Shown one piece after another: positions 1 through 9,411 of a DNA stretch of 64,000 bases (positions are counted from its first letter, which is position 1; every line of letters begins with the position of its first letter). Origin of the DNA: Clostridiales bacterium (GTDB lineage: Bacteria > Bacillota > Clostridia > Christensenellales > UBA1242); contig SVHS01000001.1 in the NCBI GenBank assembly GCA_015055745.1, forward strand, positions 74,094 through 138,093, written 5' to 3'. The notes under the pieces are model-generated. The model was not told where the DNA came from. It saw only the letters and a program-made list of their open reading frames with translations, and ran no database searches. A program made the translations under genes and the position numbers.

Positions 1-44
1 TTATTATCTCAAGTCAATCTATGGATTGATATAAGGAATAATTT

Positions 45-1163
45 ATGATGAAAAAATTATTTAGTATATTATTAATAGCCGTATTATTCATTCCTTCAAT
101 GATGTTGTTTTCTGCGTGTGGAAAAAATAAAGGATATGATTTGTCAAACTTAAGTACAGATTTTTACAGTATCGCTGATAAAAATAACAATATAGTCAAA
201 GTGGCAAATAAATTGAAGTTTGACTACAGCCAGCATCAAATATCAGGAGATACATATTTACTCGAAACAGTTTATACTGTAAAGCCATACACTACTATTA
301 AGGATTACAATCTAGTGTTGGATAATGTGATGGCATTTGTATACACACATATTGACTTGTGTAGCAATAATTCTATAGCAATTGATTCGGAGTACAAAAG
401 TAAAGTAAAGAGTGATTTAGACGCTTTTAGCGAGGCGATGAGCGATACCAATATTCATGTAAATTATTTTGCCGAAAGGATAAAACAAAGCTATACAGAC
501 TCTAGCATTGCTATCACTAGTTCAGCTTGTTTGTCTAGGTATCAAAATTTGTTAGATTCATATGACAATTTGTATCAGACAGCTATCAATTTTAGCAATA
601 CATTATCAAATATATATTTTAACCATGCATTAAAAAATGCCAACCCAAATGTATACGATATAGCAGTGGAGGATTTTGACCCGAATATTGTGGTTAATAA
701 ATTGAATAGTAGGATCAAATATCAGATTAGCAACCTAAGTGAGACATTTGTGGAAATGTATATCAATGGTGGAAAACTATCTGAGAGTATTGTGACTAAA
801 GTGGGAGATGCTTTTGGTAGTTTCAATTTAAATAAATATAATTATATCGACAAAGTAAACGCTATCGATGTGGAGATAGATGAAAACACGGTATTGGGAA
901 AGATTAGAGAAAATGGTGTATTGAAAGATAGTTATTCAGAGTTTTATGACTTGTCTATCCAAGCTTACAATTTGCAGACTATTCTAATGAATGATAATGA
1001 AAAGTTTTTATCAGCTAGTAATGCTATTGATTATTTGACAGCTAAAGCAAACACTGATGCCACAGCTTATGATAATATGTGTGTGAGAGTCATAGAAGAT
1101 TATGATTATGCTATCAGCTCATACAATACAGTATTAGTAGATATGATAGCTTTGATAAAATAA
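45..1163 (+). CDS. putative lipoprotein, unknown function
   Basis: 372-aa ORF; signal peptide with lipobox (MLFSAC-GKNK); AGGA RBS upstream; no catalytic motif recognised. Confidence 0.7.
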   Translation: MMKKLFSILLIAVLFIPSMMLFSACGKNKGYDLSNLSTDFYSIADKNNNIVKVANKLKFDYSQHQISGDTYLLETVYTVKPYTTIKDYNLVLDNVMAFVYTHIDLCSNNSIAIDSEYKSKVKSDLDAFSEAMSDTNIHVNYFAERIKQSYTDSSIAITSSACLSRYQNLLDSYDNLYQTAINFSNTLSNIYFNHALKNANPNVYDIAVEDFDPNIVVNKLNSRIKYQISNLSETFVEMYINGGKLSESIVTKVGDAFGSFNLNKYNYIDKVNAIDVEIDENTVLGKIRENGVLKDSYSEFYDLSIQAYNLQTILMNDNEKFLSASNAIDYLTAKANTDATAYDNMCVRVIEDYDYAISSYNTVLVDMIALIK

Positions 1164-2848
1164 TGACGGAGAAGAAGATGACAGAGAAAGAATGTTTAGA
1201 ATTAGCAGATTTGTTGTATCCAAAGCATTTGGATACAGCTTTTTACTTGGACAAATACCAGCCGAGAGATATAGCAGGAGAGGTGACTCGTATCGCTCCT
1301 AGCCCTACGGGTTATCTACATATAGGACAGCTTTATCAGGCAGTAGTACATAGAATGTTGGCGGACAAAACTGATGGTATTTTCTATATCAGATTAGAGG
1401 ACACTGATGGTAAACGTGAAGTACAAAATGCTGGACAAATAGCCTATGATATGCTTTGTCGTTTTGGTCTAAAAGCTGATGAAGGATACAGAGGTGATAA
1501 TTTAGAAGAAATTGGAGATTATGGTCCATATGTGCAGTCTCAAAGATTGGAAATATATCGAGCTTTTGCACATGAATTAGTAAAGCGAGGCAGAGCGTTT
1601 CCTTGTTTTTGTGAGATGACCAATGGCAAGGAAGAGATCCTAAAGCGTCGAGAGGAAGAGCTCGAGGAGTCAAATGATTTAGAGGTAAAAGACCCATGTA
1701 GAGATTTATCTCTAGATGAGATCAAAGCAAAATTAAGACAAGGAAAGACTTTTGCTCTTAGATTAAAATCAGAAGGGAATACAGATAAGACATACAAATT
1801 TAAAGATGCTATCAAAGGTGATAGAGAAATAAGAGAGAATACAAAAGACGATGTGCTTATCAAATCAAATGGTGTGCCGGTTTATGCCTTTGCGCATGTG
1901 GTCGACGATACATTGATGCATACTACTACAGTAGTCAGAGGTCAAGAATGGTATCAGTCATTGCCTGTGCATATAGAGTTATCAAAAGCATTTGGTTTTG
2001 TACCATTTAAGTACGCACATACTCCGAACATTTGTGTATCTGATGAGAATGGTAACAAACGTAAAATCAGTAAGCGTAAAGATACTTTTGCAGATGTACG
2101 TTTCTTCTTGCGCACAGGCTATCCTACTACTGCAGTCATTGAATATTTATTAAATCTTTTAAATAGTGATTTTGAGATTTGGAGAAAAAATAATCCAGAT
2201 TTGCATTATACCGAATTCCCTTTTAGTATCAAGAAAATCGGTGTCACCAATCCTATGTTTGATTTTATGAAGCTCAATGATATTAGTAAGACTATCATCT
2301 CAAGATACACCACTGAAGAAGTGTATCAGAATCTATTATCATGGGCAGACGAATGGAATCAAGATGCTCACAAAATCATAGTAGAAAATAAAGATGTCTT
2401 GATGAAAGCCTTATCTATCGATAGAGGTGGAGTACGCCCTAGAAAAGATATCACTTACTTTAGCGAAGTGTTGGATTTGTATGCTTATGTATTGCCAGAT
2501 TTTACGGCAAAATTCGATATAGATTTAGGCTTAGCAAATAAAGAAAAATTGGTGGCATTTTTATGTGATTATGCTGACAATTTCACCGAGTTTGAAGACA
2601 ATCAAGTATGGTTTGAAAATCTCAAAAACATAGCATTAAAATACGACTTTGTAGACAATAAAACATATAAGCAAAATCCAGAGGCTTATGCAGGTAGTGT
2701 GAGTGACGCGTCTAAGTTTGTGCGCATTGCTATCACAGGTAGAGAAAACAGTCCAGAGCTTTATTCTATCATGAAGATTTTAGGTGTGGGTGAATGTAGA
2801 GAAAGAATAGGAAAATTAATTTCTTATTTAAAAAATAAAAAAATTTAA
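1163..2848 (+). CDS. gltX: glutamate--tRNA ligase (long, 561 aa)
   Basis: Class I aaRS signature PSPTGYLHIGQ (HIGH) and KISKRK (KMSKS-type); start overlaps upstream stop (TAATG). Confidence 0.85.
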   Translation: MTEKKMTEKECLELADLLYPKHLDTAFYLDKYQPRDIAGEVTRIAPSPTGYLHIGQLYQAVVHRMLADKTDGIFYIRLEDTDGKREVQNAGQIAYDMLCRFGLKADEGYRGDNLEEIGDYGPYVQSQRLEIYRAFAHELVKRGRAFPCFCEMTNGKEEILKRREEELEESNDLEVKDPCRDLSLDEIKAKLRQGKTFALRLKSEGNTDKTYKFKDAIKGDREIRENTKDDVLIKSNGVPVYAFAHVVDDTLMHTTTVVRGQEWYQSLPVHIELSKAFGFVPFKYAHTPNICVSDENGNKRKISKRKDTFADVRFFLRTGYPTTAVIEYLLNLLNSDFEIWRKNNPDLHYTEFPFSIKKIGVTNPMFDFMKLNDISKTIISRYTTEEVYQNLLSWADEWNQDAHKIIVENKDVLMKALSIDRGGVRPRKDITYFSEVLDLYAYVLPDFTAKFDIDLGLANKEKLVAFLCDYADNFTEFEDNQVWFENLKNIALKYDFVDNKTYKQNPEAYAGSVSDASKFVRIAITGRENSPELYSIMKILGVGECRERIGKLISYLKNKKI

Positions 2849-2860
2849 AAAAATTTCGAC

Positions 2861-2897
2861 AAGAAAGGTCAAATCAAGTGACTTTTCTTTTTTTTTA
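2861..2897 (+). terminator. intrinsic terminator after gltX
   Basis: 11-bp stem (aagaaaggtca / tgacttttctt, one G-U), 7-nt loop, T9 run. Confidence 0.75.
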
Positions 2898-2927
2898 TTT
2901 TATTATTAATATAAATACGGAGGGGTA

Positions 2928-4082
2928 ATGGAAAAATATATTTTTAACGAGTGTGTGTATTTAGGGGCTAATGCACGTACTTGCTTAAAAGACGAGCTCA
3001 AGAAACGTAAGCTCAAGAAAGTATTGCTCGTGTCTGATGACAATATCATCAAGAGCGGTGTATTACTAAAAGTCTCAAATGTACTTGATGAGGCAAAAAT
3101 CAAGTATAGTATCTATTCAGACATCAAGCCAAATCCTACAGTGGAGAATGTACAGAATGGTGTAATGGCACTCAAGAAATCAAAAGCTAGTGTCATCATT
3201 GCGGTAGGTGGCGGTAGTGTCATCGATACAGCTAAAGGCATGGCTATCATCGCTACAAACAAAAAGTATGCTGATGTAGTGAGTCTAAACGGAGCAGTAA
3301 ATACTCCAAACAAAGCATTCCCTTTGATTGCTTTACCTACTACAGCAGGTACTGCTGCAGAGGCTACTATAAATTATGTCATCACTGACACCAAGATTCA
3401 GCGCAAGATGGTATGTGTAGATCCACACGATATACCGATGATGGCTATAGTAGATGCGGAGCTAATGGTGACTATGCCAAAGGGTTTGACTGCTAGTACA
3501 GGTATGGACGCTCTTACTCATGCGATAGAGAGTCTAGTGACCAAGGGCGCTACACAGTTTAGTGATATGTTTGCTCTAGAGGCTATCAGGACTATAGCAG
3601 AGTGGCTACCTAAGGCTTATAAAAATAGTGAAGATATCGTAGCTCGTGAAAAGATGGCATATGCTCAGTATGTAGTAGGTATGGGCTTTAGTAATGTCGG
3701 TTTGGGGCTAGTGCATAGTATGGCACATCCTTTAGGTGGTAGATTTGATATAGGTCATGGTGTCGCTAATGCAATGCTATTGCCTACGGTAATGCAATAT
3801 AATGCAGAGTCAGATGCAAAGCTAAAGTATAGAAAGATAGCAGAGTGCTTTGGCTACAAGACAGAAAAATTGTCTGATGACAAGTGTGTAGCGTTGGCTA
3901 TCAATGCGGTGAAGAAATTGGCAGACAAATTGGATATACCAAAATCATTGAAAGAATTAGGTATCAAGCAAAAGGATTTAGATGTGCTTAGTCAAGACGC
4001 TTTTGCTGATATATGTACAGGTGGCAATCCACGTGAAACTAGTGTAAAGGACATCAAGTCTCTTTATAAATCATTGCTTTAA
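2928..4082 (+). CDS. iron-containing (group III) alcohol dehydrogenase
   Basis: 384 aa; GGGSVIDTAK NAD-binding loop and His cluster HSMAHPLGGRFDIGHG typical of Fe-ADH; GGAGGGG RBS. Confidence 0.9.
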   Translation: MEKYIFNECVYLGANARTCLKDELKKRKLKKVLLVSDDNIIKSGVLLKVSNVLDEAKIKYSIYSDIKPNPTVENVQNGVMALKKSKASVIIAVGGGSVIDTAKGMAIIATNKKYADVVSLNGAVNTPNKAFPLIALPTTAGTAAEATINYVITDTKIQRKMVCVDPHDIPMMAIVDAELMVTMPKGLTASTGMDALTHAIESLVTKGATQFSDMFALEAIRTIAEWLPKAYKNSEDIVAREKMAYAQYVVGMGFSNVGLGLVHSMAHPLGGRFDIGHGVANAMLLPTVMQYNAESDAKLKYRKIAECFGYKTEKLSDDKCVALAINAVKKLADKLDIPKSLKELGIKQKDLDVLSQDAFADICTGGNPRETSVKDIKSLYKSLL

Positions 4083-4105
4083 TAAAAAGGAGGGGGAAAT
4101 ATTTT

Positions 4106-5275
4106 ATGAAAGCATTAACAGGTTATAGTATAAATAAAGACGCTTACAAAGCAGGTAAAGAAGCAGCTAAAATGGCTGGTAGAGACAAAGATGCGAAGTT
4201 GGTATTCGCATATATGAGTTGTGATTATGATGTAAAAGAAGTCATCAAGGGTATCAAGGAGATTTATTCTTGTCCAGTCATCGGTAATACAAGCTTTACT
4301 GGTGTGATAGTACCAGAAGGTTATATCGGTGGAGACAAGCCATTCGTAGGTATCATGGTGATGTCAGATCCTAGTATGGTAGTCGGTGTAGGTTTCGCAG
4401 ATAGAAAAGCTTATCAGAGTGCTAGAGATGCAGGTGAAGCAGCTACTCGTGATGCTCGTATTATGACTAAGATGCCTATGGGAGATGAGCCAGATTTGAT
4501 GTATATGGTAGCTAGCCCTACAGAAGAAGAATTTTTCCTAAAGGGTGCTAATAGAGTAGTGGGTCGTGTTCCTTTATTCGGTGGTAGTGCTGCAGACAAC
4601 ACTATCTCAGGAAACTGGAGTCTATATTTAGATGGCAAGTCTACAAATGAAGGTGTCGCTGTAGCATTGATGTATATGAAGGGTGGATTTAAAAATGAAT
4701 TCACAGGAGCATATAGAGAGACAGCAGATATGGGTATCATCACAAAGATAGAAGGTACTCGTAGATTGGTGGCTATAGATAAAGAACCTGCAGTGAAGAA
4801 ATACGCAAAATGGCGTGGTATGAAGACTGCTGATCTAATGGGAGACAAGCTTTTAGTAGAGACTATCACTAGTCCATTGGGAGTAAAAGATAGATTGGGA
4901 GATCTAGTAGCTATCCGTCACCCAATGTTTGCAAACGATGACTTCTCTATGAACATCGGTGCAAATCTAAGTGTAGGTACTACAGTGATCCGTATGGAAG
5001 CAAGCGTAGATGAGCTAGTAGCATCAGTAGGCAAGACTATCAAGGCTTTGAAGAAACAATGTAAGAAAGAGATCGTAGGTTATCATTTGGTACACTGCGG
5101 TGGTAGACGAGCTGGTATCGGTGATAGGATTCACGAAGTACACAAAGAGATCAAGAAAAACGTCGGTGGCGTACCATATATTATGGAATTCACTTTCGGT
5201 GAATATGGATTCGTAGATGATGGTAGAAATACTACAGGTGGTTTGATGCTAAGCTTCACAGCTTTTACTAAATAG
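4106..5275 (+). CDS. stand-alone FIST-domain protein
   Basis: 389 aa; N-terminal pattern (KDAYKAGKEAAKMA..KLVFAYMSCDYDVKEVIKGIKE..CPVIGNTSFTGVI) fits FIST_N, remainder FIST_C-like; no output domain; strong RBS. Confidence 0.7.
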   Translation: MKALTGYSINKDAYKAGKEAAKMAGRDKDAKLVFAYMSCDYDVKEVIKGIKEIYSCPVIGNTSFTGVIVPEGYIGGDKPFVGIMVMSDPSMVVGVGFADRKAYQSARDAGEAATRDARIMTKMPMGDEPDLMYMVASPTEEEFFLKGANRVVGRVPLFGGSAADNTISGNWSLYLDGKSTNEGVAVALMYMKGGFKNEFTGAYRETADMGIITKIEGTRRLVAIDKEPAVKKYAKWRGMKTADLMGDKLLVETITSPLGVKDRLGDLVAIRHPMFANDDFSMNIGANLSVGTTVIRMEASVDELVASVGKTIKALKKQCKKEIVGYHLVHCGGRRAGIGDRIHEVHKEIKKNVGGVPYIMEFTFGEYGFVDDGRNTTGGLMLSFTAFTK

Positions 5276-5283
5276 GAGGCTGT

Positions 5284-6717
5284 ATGCAAAATATCATCAA
5301 TGGCAAGCATGTAGACGCTAGTGATAAGGCGACTATCAATATAGTCAATCCTTACACTGGTAGAAAGATAGACACTGTGCCAAATAGCACTCCAAAAGAT
5401 GTAAATCGCGCAGTAGAATGTGCAAAAAAGGCACAAAAATTGTGGGTAAAAGTGCCTGTCAGTAAAAAAGTAGAATTATTAAAGATTTTCTTGGGTGATG
5501 TCGATGAAAATAAAGATGATTTGGCTAAGACTCTCTCAAAAGAGACTGGTAAGCCTATCGCTCAAGCGTACGCAGAGATAGCTAATATACGTATTGGCTT
5601 TGAAGCGTTTATGGAAAAGGCAAAGCACCTATATGGCAATGTTATCCCAGCGGGTACAGAGGCTGGTCAGGATAAGACTATCCAGATGACTGTACGTGAG
5701 CCACTAGGTGTCATGGCTGCTATTATTCCGTTCAATTTCCCTTGTGATTTGTTTGACCAAAAGGTCGCTCCAGCTATCCTTGCTGGCAACACTATCATAG
5801 TAAAGCCACCTCACCAAAATCCACTCACTCTTATCAAGCTAGTGGAATTGATGCATCAAGCTGGTGTGCCAAATGGTGTGGTGCAAGTAGTGACTGGTGA
5901 GGGTAAGGTTGGAGAGGCACTTGCAAAGCATCCTGATGTGCATGGTATTACATTTACAGGTTCTACTAGAGCTGGTGTGTCAGTGTATCAAAATGGTGCT
6001 TCACACTTGGCTCATGTGGGACTAGAGCTAGGAGGTAATGATGCGTTTATCGTATTGAGCGACGCGGATATCGACCTTGCTGTAGAAGAAATGGTCTGGG
6101 GTAGAATGTACAATACTGGACAAGTATGTTGTGCTAGCAAGAGATTTATCGTAGATAAGACTGTACTAAAGCAATTTGAGACAAAGGCTGTCGCTAGATT
6201 GAAAAAACTCGTAGTCGGCGACCCTATGAATAAAAAGACAGATATCGGTGTGTTGGTCACAAAACTTGCTTGCGAAAAAGCTATGGGACAGATCAAAAAT
6301 GTAGTAGCTCAGGGTGGTAAGATTTTATTAGGTGGCAAAGCAAATGGTGCTCAATTACTCCCTACTGTAATTACCAATATTCCAAAGACTGCTGATGTGG
6401 CAAAAGATGATGAAATCTTCGCTCCAGTAGTGAGTATTATCCCATGTGATGGAGTAGATGAAGCTGTAGAGATAGCTAATCAATCTAGCTATGGATTATC
6501 AGGCTGTGTATTTACTAGCGATATGAAGACTGCATTTGATGTATGTTCTAGATTGCAATGTGGTGGTACTGTTATCAATGGTGCTAGCTTCCATAGGAGT
6601 TTTGAGATGCCTTTTGGTGGATACAAACATTCTGGTATCGGTACAGAAGGAGTCATGACTACTTTCGAAGAAGTGACTAAGATAAAGACTATTACTTTAA
6701 AAAATATTTTAAGATAA
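5284..6717 (+). CDS. NAD(P)-dependent aldehyde dehydrogenase (SSADH-like)
   Basis: 477 aa; ALDH hallmarks FTGSTRAG, ELGGNDAFIV, catalytic Cys in GQVCCASKR; 8 nt after FIST gene. Confidence 0.9.
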   Translation: MQNIINGKHVDASDKATINIVNPYTGRKIDTVPNSTPKDVNRAVECAKKAQKLWVKVPVSKKVELLKIFLGDVDENKDDLAKTLSKETGKPIAQAYAEIANIRIGFEAFMEKAKHLYGNVIPAGTEAGQDKTIQMTVREPLGVMAAIIPFNFPCDLFDQKVAPAILAGNTIIVKPPHQNPLTLIKLVELMHQAGVPNGVVQVVTGEGKVGEALAKHPDVHGITFTGSTRAGVSVYQNGASHLAHVGLELGGNDAFIVLSDADIDLAVEEMVWGRMYNTGQVCCASKRFIVDKTVLKQFETKAVARLKKLVVGDPMNKKTDIGVLVTKLACEKAMGQIKNVVAQGGKILLGGKANGAQLLPTVITNIPKTADVAKDDEIFAPVVSIIPCDGVDEAVEIANQSSYGLSGCVFTSDMKTAFDVCSRLQCGGTVINGASFHRSFEMPFGGYKHSGIGTEGVMTTFEEVTKIKTITLKNILR

Positions 6718-6741
6718 AAAATTTAATTATTAATAAAAAAT

Positions 6742-6771
6742 AGGCACATTGGTTTTTCGTGTGCCTTTTTT
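6742..6771 (+). terminator. intrinsic terminator after ALDH gene
   Basis: aggcaca / tgtgcct 7-bp stem followed by T6. Confidence 0.75.
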
Positions 6772-6861
6772 ATGATGAAATTAATTTTTTACAATTTTTC
6801 TTCATATGTTTGGAGCAGGTAAAAGATTTATGATATAATATTTGCATTAAAAGGGGGATTT

Positions 6862-7380
6862 ATGGCGACAAGGAAAACAGCTAGCAAGACTAGTAAAAAA
6901 GTAACATTTGATATTGACGTTGATTCGAAGTCTTCTAAAAAAATGTCTAGAAAAGCTAGTAAACAGCTCAAGAAAGTTAGCATTGGTGCTATTTGTATTG
7001 CTGTGTTGCTCTTGGTTGTGGGTGCGGTCGGCGGATATTTTGGTGTCAAGCTAATTAGTAAAAACGATTGCTTTGTATTGAATGGAAATGACGAATTGAC
7101 CCTCACTATAGGTCAATCATACACTGACCAAGGTATCACAGCAGTAGCGTTTGGCAAAGATGTATCTGATGATGTGATTATCGAGACCAATCTGACAAAA
7201 AATGATGACGGTACATACACTGCTACAGAGGAAGGTACATATTATATCACTTACAAAGTAAATCATTTTAAGTACAATAGTATATTTAAGGTACAGAAGA
7301 TCAGATTGGTAAGTTTTGTCGAGCCTAGCGTAGAGGAAGAAATGGAGGAGGATAGCGATGAAAAAGTCCAAGTTTCTTAA
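6862..7380 (+). CDS. membrane-anchored protein with small Ig-like ectodomain
   Basis: 172 aa; K/S-rich N-terminus, one TM helix, beta-rich domain (GTYTATEEGTYYITYKV), acidic tail; AAGGGGG RBS. Confidence 0.6.
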   Translation: MATRKTASKTSKKVTFDIDVDSKSSKKMSRKASKQLKKVSIGAICIAVLLLVVGAVGGYFGVKLISKNDCFVLNGNDELTLTIGQSYTDQGITAVAFGKDVSDDVIIETNLTKNDDGTYTATEEGTYYITYKVNHFKYNSIFKVQKIRLVSFVEPSVEEEMEEDSDEKVQVS

Positions 7381-8644
7381 TATCTTAATTTGTATCTTGG
7401 CGCTAGTGGTAGGTCTGGCTGGTGGCGCAGTAGGTGTCACTTATGCTACCATGCCAGATACAGAAGAGCTTATTGTCGGCGAAGAGACATATTATTCTTA
7501 CAATGATCATGGAGATATACAGACGGTCGAGCTTACAGGAGATGCGGGAGAGATGTCTATCCATTTCCTTGAGCTTGGCAATAAATATACAGGTGACTGT
7601 ACATACATCAAGATAGGAGATGTAGATATCCTTATTGACTGTGGCTCAAAGTCCAGCAGTATCTCTACAGTGAGTGCATATCTAGACAAGTATGTGACTG
7701 ATGATACCCTTGAGTATGTCATCGTCACTCATGCTCATCAGGACCATTATGCAGGTTTTGCTACTAGTGCCAAGATAGATAGTATATTTGATTTGTACAC
7801 TTGTGAAAAAATCATCACATTTGCTACTACCAATCAAAAAGCTAGCTCTACATATAGCGGAAACAATATCATATCATATGCTCCAGCTAGCAAGTCTGAG
7901 TCTACGATGTACAACAATTTCAATAGAGAATTAAATGCCGAAGTCAGCAATGGTGCTACTCATATCACAGTGGCTCAGATTTTGGCTGATGATATCACTT
8001 ATCCAGACGGTAAAATCGTACTTGATGCTACCAATAATGTCAATATGCAGATTTTGGATAGTAAATATTATTATGAAGAAGCAGAGAGTGAAAATGATTA
8101 CTCAGTATGCACTATGTTCAATTATGGCGAGAGATATTTCTTGATGACTGGAGACCTAGAGGAAGACGGAGAGGAGTCTCTAGTAAGTCTCAATCCTATA
8201 TTTACTGACCTTAAAAATGAATGTGTGGCTGGCACTAGAGAATACGGTGTAGAGCTATATAAGGCAGGTCATCATGGTAGCAAGACATCTTCTAGTGAGA
8301 TTTTGCTCGACCATATCCGTCCAAATGTGGTGGCAGTATGTTGTTGTGCAGGTAGTAGTGAGTATACTAAGACTGTAGATAATCAATTCCCTACTCAAGC
8401 TTTTATCACTCGTGTAGCTAAATGGACAGAAAATATCTATGTCACTACTATGTGTGTGGATTATAAAAATAATGAGTTCCAGTCAATGAATGGAAATATT
8501 GTCATAGTATCTACACAGACAAATGTGGGTATAAAGTGCTCAAACAATGATACAAAGCTTCGCTATACTGATTGGTTTAGTAAACTGGTGGTCGATGAGA
8601 CTGGTACCGAGCGACCAAATCGTGTCTGGCCATCAAATTCTTAA
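7358..8644 (+). CDS. membrane-anchored extracytoplasmic MBL-fold hydrolase (ComEC C-terminal-domain type)
   Basis: 428 aa; N-terminal TM anchor; HxHxDH motif (VTHAHQDHYAGF) and ComEC-like YKAGHHGSKTSSS; overlaps the upstream gene by 23 nt. Confidence 0.8.
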   Translation: MKKSKFLNILICILALVVGLAGGAVGVTYATMPDTEELIVGEETYYSYNDHGDIQTVELTGDAGEMSIHFLELGNKYTGDCTYIKIGDVDILIDCGSKSSSISTVSAYLDKYVTDDTLEYVIVTHAHQDHYAGFATSAKIDSIFDLYTCEKIITFATTNQKASSTYSGNNIISYAPASKSESTMYNNFNRELNAEVSNGATHITVAQILADDITYPDGKIVLDATNNVNMQILDSKYYYEEAESENDYSVCTMFNYGERYFLMTGDLEEDGEESLVSLNPIFTDLKNECVAGTREYGVELYKAGHHGSKTSSSEILLDHIRPNVVAVCCCAGSSEYTKTVDNQFPTQAFITRVAKWTENIYVTTMCVDYKNNEFQSMNGNIVIVSTQTNVGIKCSNNDTKLRYTDWFSKLVVDETGTERPNRVWPSNS

Positions 8645-8660
8645 CGCGCAGGTGTTATTA

Positions 8661-8690
8661 AAAAAAGGACTGAAGACAGTCCTTTTTCTT
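8661..8690. terminator. bidirectional intrinsic terminator
   Basis: A6-ggactg-aaga-cagtcc-T5: hairpin flanked by an A-run and a T-run. Confidence 0.75.
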
Positions 8691-8736
8691 TGTTTATCTA
8701 GAGTGGGTGCTCGAGGAATTTACCTTTCACTCTTCT

Positions 8737-8812
8737 GTCATCCTGAGCATAGTCGAAGGATCTAAAGAGATACATTCAGCTACGCAAATAAATTTGCTTC
8801 GCTCAGTATGAC
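8737..8812 (+). repeat. hairpin-type intergenic repeat, copy A
   Basis: gtcatcctgagc...tcgaaggatct...gctcagtatgac; terminal inverted repeat; second copy at 36109-36200 in the same orientation. Confidence 0.7.
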
Positions 8813-8823
8813 ATGTTGCGTGT

Positions 8824-9408
8824 CTAATCTTTTCTAGTAAAGAAATTTATAAATTTAGCAAACTTTAATGTAATATCGTTGGCGTGTTTGATAGCAAATC
8901 TCTTAAAAGCTGCTTTACCAAATATCGTGAGTCCTGCTATGATAGCTGATACTATAGAAGGTATCAGTATCGACAAAAAATCACCACCAGAGATAGCTAG
9001 TTTTACCAATATACTAGCACCAGCAGCACCTGACAAGATACCGCACACATCACCTATGACATCACAGCAGATAGAGGATACTTTATCTGCATTTTTGTTT
9101 AGGGCAATAGCTTGCTTGCTACCTTTGATTTTCCTCGCTGCCATAGCAGTAAAATGCTCGATATTGCTACTGGCTACTGCTAAGCCTAGCATATCAAACA
9201 ATACACTGATAAATATAAATACAAATATTATAATGATAGCTATAGCTACTACAGTGTCTTGTAGTATCAGTTCACTCAAGATACTAAACGTCAGAGAAAG
9301 AAAAATAGCCAAAAATAGTACCACTACTGGCCAAACCCATGCTTTTTGAGATTTTTGTCTGTGATTTTTTTGTTTCATATATAAAATGCTTAATGCATGA
9401 AAATTCAT
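8824..9408 (-). CDS. oapA: OapA-like (OLE-associated) four-TM membrane protein
   Basis: 194 aa (about 21 kDa); 4 predicted TM helices, basic loop ARKIKGSKQ, DxxxD motif (CCDVIGDVCG), basic C-terminus; directly downstream of the structured RNA; alternative start at 9378. Confidence 0.55.
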   Translation of the reverse strand: MNFHALSILYMKQKNHRQKSQKAWVWPVVVLFLAIFLSLTFSILSELILQDTVVAIAIIIIFVFIFISVLFDMLGLAVASSNIEHFTAMAARKIKGSKQAIALNKNADKVSSICCDVIGDVCGILSGAAGASILVKLAISGGDFLSILIPSIVSAIIAGLTIFGKAAFKRFAIKHANDITLKFAKFINFFTRKD

Positions 9409-9411
9409 ATT

